Assembly: GCA_000165425.1 (NCBI GenBank)
Contig: CT868678.1
Span: forward strand, 248,001-312,000
Origin: Paramecium tetraurelia
Taxonomy: Eukaryota
DNA: 64,000 nucleotides
Direction: 5' to 3'
Shown: one piece after another, positions 13,038-24,906 of the stretch
Layout of the letters: each line of letters starts with the position of its first letter
How positions within the stretch are numbered: position 1 is the stretch's first letter
The notes under the pieces: model-generated
What the model was told of the DNA's origin: nothing
What the model saw: the letters and a program-made list of their open reading frames with translations, nothing else
The model's database searches: none
Position numbers and translations under genes: made by a program

Positions 13038-13962
13038 TCATTCCAAACATTTAGATTAAACACACTCAAGTAGGGCAACTGCAGGCTTACTTTCGTTGAT
13101 GCAATTCAAATACTAAAACATAATTATATAGACTTACAGCTTGGTATCCAGCAACATAAACTACATCCTTGCATGATGCTAATTTTGAATTGCAATCCTT
13201 GTCACATGCTTTAGCTTATGATCCACATTTATCTTCAATGCATGATCTAAACTTCTTTTCTTCAGGGCTCTCTTTTGGTTCATCCTTTTTCTTTTCGTCT
13301 TTCTTTTTATCATCTTTCTTTTCATCTTTCTTCTCGTCTTTTTTCTCATCTTTCTTCTCGTCTTTTTTTTCATCTTTCTTTTTATCATCTTTCTTCTCGT
13401 CTTTCTTATCGTCCTTCTTTTCATCTTTCTTTTTATCATCCTTCTTCTCATCTTTTTTCTCATCTTTCTTATCGTCCTTTTTTTCATTCTCATCTTTCTT
13501 TTTATCATCTTTCTTCTCATCCTTCTTTTCATCTTTCTTATCATCTTTTTTCTCATCTTTCTTTTCATCCTTCTTCTCATCCTTTTTCTCGTCTTTCTTA
13601 TCATCTTTTTTCTCGTCTTTCTTCTCATCTTTCTTCTCATCTTTCTTTTCATCCTTCTTCTCATCTTTTTTCTCGTCTTTCTTTTCGTCTTTTTTCTCAT
13701 CCTTCTTTTCATCTTTTTTCTCATCCTTTTTAGCTTCTTCCTTTTTTGGCTCCTCTTTCTTACCTTCATCTTTTTTTGGTTCTTCTTTTTTGCCATCATC
13801 CTTTTTTGTGTCTTCTTTCTTTGTTTCTTCCTTTTTTGGCTCTTCTTTCTTGCCATCATCTTTTTTTGATGAATCTACAGGCTTTTTCTCTTCTGTAAGG
13901 TGATTAACAGCCCTACAAGATATTAAAGATATCAAAAGCAAACAAATGAGGATTCTTTTCAT
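13038..13962 (-). CDS. Secreted protein: signal peptide, KKDE/KKDD repeat spacer, C-terminal 8-Cys domain; paralog of 11703-12877
   Basis: MKRILICLLLISLISC...(KKDE)n...FRSCIEDKCGSQAKACDKDCNSKLASCKDVVYVAGYQA|YLNCINESKPAVALLECVQSKCLE*, with an intron at 13113-13137. Confidence 0.85.
13280..13870. repeat. Coding 12-nt tandem repeat (KKDE/KKDD) with flanking KKEEP/KKDDG units
   Basis: Pyrimidine-rich plus strand with repeated ttcttctcatct-like units that vary at synonymous positions. Confidence 0.9.
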
Positions 13963-15316
13963 TAATTAAATTTTATTTATATTTAATTAGGTTGAGTTTT
14001 GTAGGTTAAATATATTGGAGTCTAATTGTGATTGTATTTAGATAAATCACAATTTTAATGGGCCAAGTAGAGCTAGGTATTCAATTACATTTGGAATTAA
14101 ATTAATTTTTGTATAATAACATCATTAATTGTTTGAGTAAAGTCTTTAACCTGTTAGGATAAATTTATTCATCATTATTTGAGCTTGAAATTAAGAATAT
14201 GTTTAATTAATATTAAACAGTATATAGGATAAGTAAAATTAGTAAGTTGTTATTGAAATTATAGAATAATTTCTGAAATATAAGGAAAATAAATTAGAAA
14301 AGAATCAACATCTTTATGTATTATTTAATATATACCAATATTTATGGAATTGAAACTAAATCCCTTCCCTATGGTGCATTTTTCTTAAATTTTAATGTGT
14401 TAATTCCAAAATATTGCATAACCTGCTATTAAACTTAATTTTAATTTTAAGGTAAAAGTTGAGATTTTTGCAACTCTTTTCGAATGTGAATGTATTAAAT
14501 ATGGCAATCAAAAATCAACTATCTTAATGTACAGCAATTATTAAATAATATATTATTGAATATCAAATTTTAGTTTTGAAAATAATTTGAAATTTAATAA
14601 ACTTTCAAATAGAACTCTAATGGACTACTGGATTAATTTCACTTTTCTATTGAAATTTAATTTCTGACGTTCGTTAGACTTATTTTTAATGTATTGAATT
14701 TCTAAAAATGTCCTATTAATCTATCATTTTCTTAGTAATTGATAAGTGAGTTCAATGTGAATATAAATATTATTTAACATGCTATGAGCACTAAAATCGA
14801 TGTGAAAAAAATGCAATATTTTCTCTTAGCACACTTTGAAAGCAGTTAAAAGGTCATTACATTCTAAAAATTAATAAATTTTATTCACTCTAATCCTAAA
14901 ATTCAAATCAATAATTGCCACTATAAATTTGATCCGAATTTTACATTTGACTGATTATGAAAACAAATTTTCAATTAGTAGTTTTATTTAATTCTAATAA
15001 AAATCAAGGATAGATTTTACAAAATTAGAAGCCCAATAATCATCTGCTTATTCTACTTAAAATTAATTCATAGATTATGATTAATTTAGAAGATAATTGA
15101 TTAGAATTTTAATTGACCCTCAATTGTCAATCATCAAAGATGGAAAGAAAATCTTTTTGAAATTAACCCTTATTAAAAAATATTAAAATTAGAGGTAGAT
15201 AATTAGTTATCTATAGTTAAGACTTAGGATTGATATAATAAAATAAAATTCTTGACTATTAATTGTTTTTTATTTATTTCCCATAATTAAATGAATTTAA
15301 TTATATAAATATATAT

Positions 15317-16264
15317 TCATTTAATATAACCAAGCTTTTGAAGTAACTTAGTCGTATTCTCAAACAATATGTTATTATCTTCCTTTCGATACTTTGGAAA
15401 GCAATCCGTATAATAATATCCATTTTTTAAATTTTGGTTTGGCTATGTTGCTAAAAACTTTGAAGTTACTGATCCTTAATCAGGCGTCTTTGTGAAATAC
15501 CATATAAAAGGAGCTAAAAGTGAAGAAAAATAAAATTAATTTAGCATATTTGTACTAACCAAACCAGGATGTAAAGTATAAACCTTAATCTTAGTACTTT
15601 TTAGATGGTTAGCAAATGAAGATGTTTGATATATATTGGCTAATTTAGAAATGGCATAAATTTTATACCATGGATATGGTATAGGTTATCGATTTAAATA
15701 GATGTTGAAATCAACCTAGCTAGGAGAATTTGCATGTGCACGTGAAGCAACAAATATAATCCTTGATTCTTGTTCATTTGGAATGCAATCAAGCAAGTTA
15801 TATGTTAACAAAAAAGGAGACAAATAGTTAACACCAAAATTCTATTCAAATCCTTACTGAGTGAATTTCAACTCTAAATTGTAAATTCCTGCATTATTAA
15901 TCAAAATATCTAACTTTTCATAAGTATTTTTAAATTCCTAGCAAAATACTTGTACCTTGTCCAAATCATTTAAGTCCAAGTACATATATTTGATATTTTT
16001 GTAATTAATTAACTGAGATCTTATTCTTTCAACATTTCTCCCTGCAATAATTACATTTTTTGCTTTTGATAGCTTTTTGGCAGTTTCCCAACCAATCCCA
16101 TCTGTTCCGCCTGTTATCAAAATTGTTTTATCATCCAAGATAATCTTATTTAGATTTATTCATACCTCCTCATGAGTTTTAAAATAGTTAATACCTCCCA
16201 TTATTTTTAATTTTCCTGCTATCAAAGTTATTGATCCTAAAGAGAGAGCAAGAATTTTATACAT
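15317..16264 (-). CDS. Short-chain dehydrogenase/reductase (retinol dehydrogenase-like) with an apparent frameshift near the 5' end
   Basis: TILITGGTDGIG, DILINNAG, VNYLSPFLLT, YAISKLAN and LHPGLVST motifs. The ATG at 16264 is one base out of frame with the downstream body. Confidence 0.85.
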
Positions 16265-16649
16265 TAAATTAAAATAATAAAATGTAATTTCTTAATTTAT
16301 GAAATTAATCCTATGTTTAACTCTTCATTCGATATAAGATAATATATAAATTACCAAATAATAATTATCCTTTAGAAATTTCAAGAATATCAAAGAGATC
16401 CTTATACTCATTCAAATTCACTATAATAAATAAATAATTTTATTTTTTAAATGAAAGTGGAGTTAATTAATACTTTCTTTATAGAGCATATTTTAATATT
16501 AAATGAAATTTGTTATCTAATTGCATAATTAATAAGAGGTTCATTGATATCTTATTGTAATCTGAAATTAATTTTATGTAGAGATTATTTGAAGATAGAA
16601 ATCCATTAAATTTTTCATAATTGTTTATAGCTTCATTTAAATTTATATT

Positions 16650-17246
16650 TCAAGATTTACATATTTTACATTCAGTCAATTTATTCTTTGCCTCATTCAA
16701 GGTTATCGGAATTTTTGAATCTGATAGATAACCACAATATGCACGATGGTATTTTTTTCCTGACTTAGTCTTAAAAACTATACTTTGATTTTCATCAAAT
16801 TTTGATACCTTAGGATTAGTTATTTCTAGTTTTCCTGTATGTTAAATAGGAATATTTGAAGGTCTATGGGAATAATCAATACTATTAATTTAGCTTTGAT
16901 CTTTCAGATCAATGGATGATAGGTTCAAGAGATTTTATTGAAAATTTTACTAAATAGGCAGAGATTATTGTTATTTAATTTTAGTAGTAGGTACTTATTA
17001 TGAAAATTTCTCTATTATTTCATCAGCTTACTTTTATGCTACTTCAATTTCTTTTAGCAGAGATTAAAATTAACTTTATAGGCTGTCTTAATCCGCAAAT
17101 ACTTTTTCTATCTTAACAATCAACATGCTTTCTTATTCTCTTTAATTTTATAAGAGTTATTTTTGTATATCTTATATTTTTAATTCCATTTATTGAAATT
17201 TGTTGTCTAAGAATTCTTTAAAAAATCCCGTTAATTCTTCAAACAT
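16650..17246 (-). CDS. Coiled-coil protein with a C-terminal Ada-like metal-binding (H-x3-C...C-x2-C) knuckle
   Basis: Intronless 597-nt frame ending VFKTKSGKKYHRAYCGYLSDSKIPITLNEAKNKLTECKICKS*. Confidence 0.75.
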
Positions 17247-17521
17247 GAAAATTATAATAAATAATTAATTAAAAATATATTATCACTAAAATTAAAACTG
17301 ATCCATTCTTATTTGCTATTAATGAATAATATTAAAGGGTAAGAATTTTTTCTTGAGTTAATATAAGGAACGCAATTAATTAATAGAAATTATTATAATT
17401 TCTAGAAATTTAAAATACGTATAAGATGTAAAAGCAATATGAAAATGAGAATATTGTTATACAGGTTATAGTTAGCACAGATTACCATTTGTTTAAGTTT
17501 TCAATTTTATTATCAAAATTA

Positions 17522-18672
17522 ATGATTAAATTATATATTATTCTTAATTCATTATTTGCATTAGTATTAAACCAATAGGTCTGTCCAGAGGATGAATATA
17601 GGTTCAAAAATGAATGCATACCAAAATCATGTTAGTAATATATTGAAAAGATTACATCAAAAAAGAAGCCAAGTGGAAAAAGATTTTTGTCATTGGACAT
17701 GAATGGAAAAGTGATGAAGGAAAAAGATGATTACAGAATTGAAATCGAATTTAATGATGAACTCGTTGGAATTTTTAATAGAGATAATAATCAATCCTGT
17801 ATAACAGATCAATTGTATCGACATGAAATGAATTATGTACATGATAATAAAGATGATACTGCCATTGTTAGTTCCTTTGATTAAAAAAGGAGGAAATGGA
17901 GTTTCTTGATTGGGTATTGATTTAATTAATAATTAGTGATTTAAGTAATAAGCTGTACTAGGATAAATAATCAGATAAGACAATATATAATGGATTTTAC
18001 ACAATAAATTATTTTGTCAAAGATTATGTAATTTTATAATACATGTTTGATTTTCAAATTGTACTTGATAATAATTAAAAAATGATCGAGACTCACTTTA
18101 ATGATTAACTGTTGGATGACTAGGTCTCATGTAATTAATTTGGAACATGTGTATAAAAAATTTATACAGAAATATCATTTTGTAAGGATAAAGATTGCAC
18201 GGAGGTAGCAGCAGAGCCTAATATCACAGTGAATACTCCAGTTTATTTGATAAGCGAGATAAAGGATGAGGGATTTTTGGATTGGTACACACATGACTTA
18301 GAGTTAACTTTTTACAGCTACTAATTAGTTAAGAAGTTTAGACCAGTTTTTGAATAGCATAATCCTGGAAAGACAATTTTTAAATTAGTTGTCCCATTTA
18401 TAGCAGACAAAGGCTCCCTTTATGTGTCAGCTAAATTAACAAAAAATAGTTATTGGAGAAGAGTATTGGAAGATGAGATTGGAACTTCCTTAGCTATTAG
18501 CATTTATTAGGATGCACCGTGTATTAAAAAGGGCTCAAATAATTAGTGTCCAAGTTAAGAATTAATAGAGAAAACAAATTAATTGGATTGCGGATGTGTT
18601 GATATAATGTATTGCGATGGAATAGATATATTCAATGCCATGATGCTTATATTGATTTTATTGATAATTTGA
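17522..18672 (+). CDS. Secreted, probably GPI- or tail-anchored surface protein
   Basis: Signal MIKLYIILNSLFALVLN, Cys clusters at both ends, and a hydrophobic C-terminus AMMLILILLII*. Confidence 0.65.
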
Positions 18673-18702
18673 ATTCGTCGTAAAAATTTATATATTAAAT
18701 AA

Positions 18703-20042
18703 ATGAACACAAGTGAATTGGTCGAGTATCAATAAAAGGTAGAGGCTTACATAAAAGAGCACAAAATGACTGATTTATTTGAAAATCTTACTAGATTGTT
18801 AGTGCTTTCGAGACCTTAGGATCCTATGACATTCTTGATAGATATTCTTGAAAATAGAAGAATGCAACGGCTTATCCTAGTAGCAGGAGTAGTTGCCACA
18901 ACTAGATAAGAAATAGTAGTATCCCTTGCGAATATGTTCAATTACAAAGTTATAACAGTAGATGATCACTTTAAATCTCATTGGATAAATGATGATTAAG
19001 TAAATCAATACATTCATGCAGAACTGAAAAAGACAGAGAAACACTTCAGAGGTGTCGTGATATCTGGTTATCCCAACAACATTACGCAAGCATATTATTT
19101 GTAGTCATTGGGAATCATACCAGAGAGGTAGAATATGCCATTATTTTAGGTTCTTTTATTTGGAGAGTGATCCAGATTTTTGCAGATAGTACTATGAATA
19201 AATATCAGAATCACAAGAAGAAGTGACGAAGGCATTGACTAGGGATAGATTGAATAAGAAGGATTTGGAGTATATCTACGGATCCTATATGGACATATTT
19301 AATACATCTAAGAGGACCAAAGAAGACATTATTGAAAATATCAAATAGATTATTCGTTTGAGAGATAGAAAGTTTCCACCTCTTCGTTATCCAAGGGTAG
19401 CGATTATAAGACCTCCTGGATTAAAAGAAAGAGCAAATTAATTAGCATAAATATTTAGTAAAAGATATGGTTTGGTTTAACTTATTACATTTGATATGAT
19501 CCAGCAATAAATTCAAAACAAAGGAGCTTTGGGTCCTTTAATCTATAGTACACTTCAAAAGGAAGGAGAAATACCTAATGATATTATGAATAGCATTGTC
19601 TACACAGAACTTCTATCAACAGAGTCCAGAACTAAGGGATGGGTTTTAGAGGGATTTCCTAAGAATGAAGCTTAATTGAAGTTTTTGGAGGCACAAAATG
19701 TGAATTTATTTGTAATCTTGAATGAAGATGAAGATGTCTTAATTAACAAGTCTAAATAGCTGAAGATTGATCCTGTTACTAAAATAAAATACGAGAAGGT
19801 GCCATTAAATAATAAACCATTATTAGACAGATTACAAAATTATTAGGTAATTGAATAAGCTAATTTAGATTCATAATGAACAATTGTTAAAGTCTAGGAT
19901 ATCTAAATATTAGGCATATGTAAAATTGATTGAATAGAAATTTGGTGAACGAGTGTAGGTGTTCAAATTAGAAAAGGATTCAACCGAGAATATCATTAGA
20001 GTGACAGATGTATTTTTGAATAATCCAAAAATTTATAATTGA
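18703..20042 (+). CDS. Adenylate kinase 8-like protein (Dpy-30/RIIa-like docking motif plus two AK-like domains) with degenerate P-loops
   Basis: YIKEHKMTDLFENLTRLLVLSRPQDPMTFLI, GVVISGYPNNITQA, KGWVLEGFPKNEAQ and KIDPVT motifs. Confidence 0.75.
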
Positions 20043-20062
20043 TAGATTAAATTTATTTGTGC

Positions 20063-21043
20063 TCAATATTTATTAGAATTTATAATAAAGTCATTCAGAT
20101 AATCCATCATCAAATCATATGCACTCTATTAAATATCAATGTTATTTAGTGCATTAGTCAATAATTCACTAATCTATTCTTATATGTCATGATAAGCATT
20201 TTCATTAACAAAATATTAGCAATTGTTCTCAAATTTGGTAAGCAGATTTTCAATTGCCAAATGTAATTATCCTTAGACAATAATCATTGAACTTTCATCT
20301 TTATAAAGTGTCAACTCTCTGAATTTGTACTTTGGATATTTCTTTGCCAAAACTTCATCAAAAGTACAAATATCATCAATTAATCCATTCTCAAGTGCTT
20401 ATTACGCTGTATAAATCTTGCTTTCCTCAAATTTCTTTATCTTACCTGCTCTATTCTATTTTATCTGATCTAATGCGAATTGAAATTCAGTTTGAACTTC
20501 TTTATTTACAAATTGCAATTATTTTTCACTCACTTTAGTAAATGCATCTAATAAAATGGTTTCTCTTCTACTCTTTCTATAATTAATTTTGAAATTTTCA
20601 AGCACATTCTAAAATCCAATGGACCTCTTAGATGGTTAAACTTCTCCGATTAAAGAGAATGGATCTATAATTTTAAATCTTCATTACTTGCATACACTTC
20701 TGTACCACAACTTGCTAAGTAGTATGCTGATCCTAAGGCATAGCAATCGATAAATGTGTAAAATGGAGCATCTAAATTTTATGCAGCCTACTGGAAAGCT
20801 TCTGCTACAATTTATGCTTATGTTATATCCCCATAGGCTATAATGATATTGATGTATCGAACCTGAGTTGATTGACAGCATTAAGACTTTGGGTTTTTCT
20901 TAAATATGTTTCCTTAATTAGAATAAGATTTTGGTAGCAGATGATTGGGTCATTGCCTTTGAAAATACAAAGTGAAATATTTCTCTTTTAGGCCTCCACG
21001 GTTTGAGCATAAAGCGAACGCTATTGTAAAGAAATGTACTCAT
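20063..21043 (-). CDS. Divergent peptidase S49 (SppA/ClpP-fold)-like protein
   Basis: LMLSINSAYGDITQAQIVAEAF...PFYTFIDCYALGSAYYLASCGTEVYA...PFSLIGEV parallels the S49 pattern INSPGGS...AASGGY..A..D.IYA....IVGSIG. Confidence 0.6.
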
Positions 21044-21066
21044 TAATTAGATTATAATATAATTAT

Positions 21067-22364
21067 TCAAAGAATCCCAAAGAATTTTCGAGTTGCCTAC
21101 TTTTTGGTTTCACTTTAACTCTCCTTGATTATTTCATTAGTCAAATCATAAAGGTTGTGGATATCCTTTTACATTTCCATTAGATTTTTGTATAGATTCT
21201 AATATTCTTCATAAAATTCTGGGATTTCATTCAAGGTAATGTTCTAAATTGAGTAAGAATTGTTACATTTAACTATTTCTGGTTGAATTTCAATTTATAT
21301 TTCTTTGATTGTTCATAGAACTTTGATTTGCGTTGAAGATCTTGTATTTTCATTTTAATCATTTACAAATTGACATAATTTTAATGGGCATCCATATTGA
21401 AAACACCATTTTGAGATAATTCCTATGTACAGTATGATAAAAAGTGATTACATTTTGTGAATTTTTGATTGTGTCTAGACGTTCTTTACTTAGATCTTGA
21501 AATTCTTGATGATTGATATTTAATTTGTGATAATCCAATTTTTCAATAAATTAGAGAGTTGACTCATAAGTAGTAAAATAGTATTCATCTTCTCCGGTAA
21601 TTCTTTTGGGGGATCTATAATAACTCACAAACAAAATATTAGAATAAGCTTTTTATGGTTGGGCCTTGAGAGTGGCATATATTAATACAGGTAACAAGTT
21701 GTCAGCCCCAGTTGGTTGATTATTGGCCATTTGATTGACAATAGCTAAGTAATTGTTATATGATATTACCACTTGTTTGTTTGCCTGCATTGACAATACA
21801 ATTGAGTTTTTCTTTTGGAGTTTCTACTTTATCAATTTTAGATATTACTAATAATTTATATTCACTATCTTACAATCAACTACTTGGTTAAACATTTTAT
21901 GCTTTTCAATGTTTTCATCGATTTCAAGATGTTTAGCTTGAACAAATGAATATGCTTTCATAGAAAATTCAATTTCTCTATCTTTGACTGGATCGATTGA
22001 GATCAATCTTAAAATAAGAAGAAATCAAAGTACTTAGAACAAAGTGGTTTCATAACAAGTTTTTCAATGGCCTCTCCATTTTCCCTCAGAAATTCATCCG
22101 ACTCTTTCCATAAGTCCTGAAATTCATCTTCAAAGTCGCTTATTTTTTGTTATACAATGTTAGGTAAGGAATCAAATGGCATTTTGTTTTGTTACACATC
22201 TCGAATGAAACTTAACTTTAATGCATGCACAATAGCTACTTAATAATTTTTTATTTGAGCGTAGCTGATTCTGTTCTTTTCATTTTATCCGATACGGTTG
22301 GTTCCACCCTTCTGGATTATTCAAAAGACTATTCTGATTCGTCAATCAAAGTTGATTAATCCAT
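21067..22364 (-). CDS. VPS9-domain Rab5-family GEF
   Basis: GADNLLPVLIYATLKAQP...SNILFVSYYR...GEDEYYFTTYESTLQFIEKL. Confidence 0.9.
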
Positions 22365-22465
22365 TACGTGTAAATAATTTAATTATCTCGATTGTCAATA
22401 GGAATTATTACTATATATAAAAATGACTTAGCAAAAATGTATTATATTATGGTAAATATGAGTAT

Positions 22466-24874
22466 TCATTTAATCACACAAGGTCGATATTGCAAATTGA
22501 GTTCCTTCAGCAATTCAATGGAGCAGTAACATATAGGTGTTTTTCCTTCATTATTCAATTTATCAATATCTGCTCCATTGGAAACAAATAGATTGATGAT
22601 CACAATGTTGCCTGATGCAAAAGCAGCAAAAGTGGGAGTCTCTCCATCTTTGCATGGCATATTGACATCAGCACCATTAATGAGTAGAAAATTGCAGAAT
22701 AGAACACTTTGTTATTTGGCAGCATAATACAAAGGACAGTACATGTCAACATCATAGCAATTCACATCACTTGCTTCAAATATGAATCCTGAATGATCCA
22801 TCCATAATGTGTTGTTGACTTTCAAAGCCAAAAACAATTTCCTTTATTTCAATTTCAATTATATCATAGTTTTTGGAATGACCACTTTTGAATAATCAAT
22901 CTGTGGCTTTTTTATTGTTTTCTTTCTATATTACTAATGTTGCAAAGCAACCTTTAGACTTTTATAGCATTCTTCAACATCAATTTATTTTCTTTTCTCA
23001 TTCAGTTTCTAGACCAGTCTATAGAACTTAGCTGGCTGAGGAGTTAGAAATTTCTTTTGGGAAACAGCTCTTTCAAATCTTTTCTTGGAGATATAGGCTT
23101 TGAATGCTTTCTTAATTTTATTAGCTGCAGCCAATTCAATTTCAGGAGTGATCCACTTGTTACCATAAGGTAATGTAGTATCACTTTCTTCAATAGTAAG
23201 TGATTGATGTGCATAGGGTCTTTGTCGAACAGGTCCTCCTGAATAAAATTAAGAGAAATTCTGTTTGTTCTTTTCATAATCCTTCTTTTTCAATTTGAGT
23301 ATGTAATCCTATACTTTAGTTGGATTAGATTGATTAGTGTGCAAATCAGGCTAAGATTTAATTATTACTTTAGAACTGGGATGTGTTTTTCTCATGACTA
23401 CTTTGAGTGTTAGACTTTCTGTTTTAGATGGGAAGATGGGTTTATTTGTATCACTGGTAGTAGCTAATTTCTTCTCTCTCTTTTCTCTTTTCTAAATATA
23501 TATATATGATACTTTTCTTTCTAGTATGGACATCATAATATCTTTGAATTTCCAAACCAGAGGATTTGCAATAGGATTGCCTCTTCTATATTCTTAATAG
23601 AAGATCTTATATTTATCAGTGTTTTCCTTCAAAGTGTCTTTTCTGTCCTCCTTCATTTCTCTGAGCATTTTCAGAAATTTGAACTATAATAGTAGTGATT
23701 CAGATGTACTTTTAATTTCTTAATATCCGCTTTATTGGTTTGCTGAATGTTAATTTCTGATTTCTCCTTCTCCTTTGCCTTTTGATTAACTTTTAAGTAG
23801 AGATGTCTACTCTAATTCATTTCCTTGGATATTCTATAGTATTGATTTAAGATGTTCTCAGCAATTGTCAATTCGATATCACTAATCACATCTGAGTCCA
23901 ATTAATTGATTACTGTTTATAGCAATCTGAAAATAGATAATCACATACTTTTTATTCGAACACTTATTCAAGAGATTGCTGGTGTTGACCAAATACAACA
24001 ACTCTTCTTCCGTCATGGCTTATTGAGTATCGTACTTAAGCAGGAGTTCTTCTCTTCTTTATTGATCCTATTTGTCTTTGTCATGAGTTATTATGTACTC
24101 GCCCATTCCAATAGTATTAAATGAATTGCTATTAACCAACATACCCAATCTATGCTTTGCTGAGTTCCTTTTTACTTTGAAATCGGTTTCTTTTTCATTA
24201 GACCATTAGATGTTTGTGGTCACTTTGGTTAGTTTCTTGACTTTGTGTAATAAATTGTTTAATTCATCAATAATGGATTGCATATCAGGTTTTTTATAGG
24301 CTATGTTGGTAACATTATCAGACGAATATATTTTCTTGGTATTTTCCTTGGAATTCAGAATTTCAATCAATGCAAATTTGAGTTTCTTCTTGAGACTTCT
24401 AAATTTAGTGTGTATTTCAACCCAATTGAATATGTTTAGATTATTTTCATTTTCATGAATCACTTTAGTTTTAGTGCGTTGAAGTTCTCTTTACTCCATT
24501 TTGATTTTCCATTATCTCAATTATTCAACCACTTAATTTTAGAGCTGTTTTATTATGAAATCCTCTCGCTCCTATTGAGAACCAAGACTTTAAACCTTAT
24601 AGAAGGATATGCCTAATTCCAAAGCTATGCGAACACATTCATTTCTATCGGACAACTCATTACAACGAGTTACCAGATAATGGACTCTCTCAACAAAAGT
24701 ATCCAGAAATGAAACCATTGGCATTCCATCACCAATTGTCGATTTGAGACTTTTTAATGTGGAATTGTGAGCAGTACTAATTTGACTCATGGAATGTCGT
24801 TTCTGGTTAAATAGTTTCAATTTTGCATCAAATTGTTGGACAGAAGTCAATCCCAAAAATATGTCATCTGTCAT
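22466..24874 (-). CDS. Large protein with C-terminal ankyrin repeats
   Basis: CPLYYAAKQ...NGADVNMPCKDGETPTFAAFASGN...NGADIDKLNNEGKTP. The frame can be followed from the ATG at 24874 via small introns, but two genes cannot be excluded. Confidence 0.7.
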
Positions 24875-24906
24875 AATAATTAGCGTTAAAATATAATATT
24901 TATATA

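Noticed and set aside
11940..13870. Tandem repeats as a CRISPR array or satellite
   Set aside because: There are no unique spacers. The units are codon-multiple and lie inside eukaryotic coding sequence.
13169..13903. Long overlapping ORFs on both strands (Phe/Ser-rich 244 aa, Arg/Lys/Met-rich 226 aa, His/Leu/Ser-rich 152 aa)
   Set aside because: These are shadow frames of the stop-free KKDE repeat. Only the KKDE frame has a signal peptide and the conserved Cys domain.
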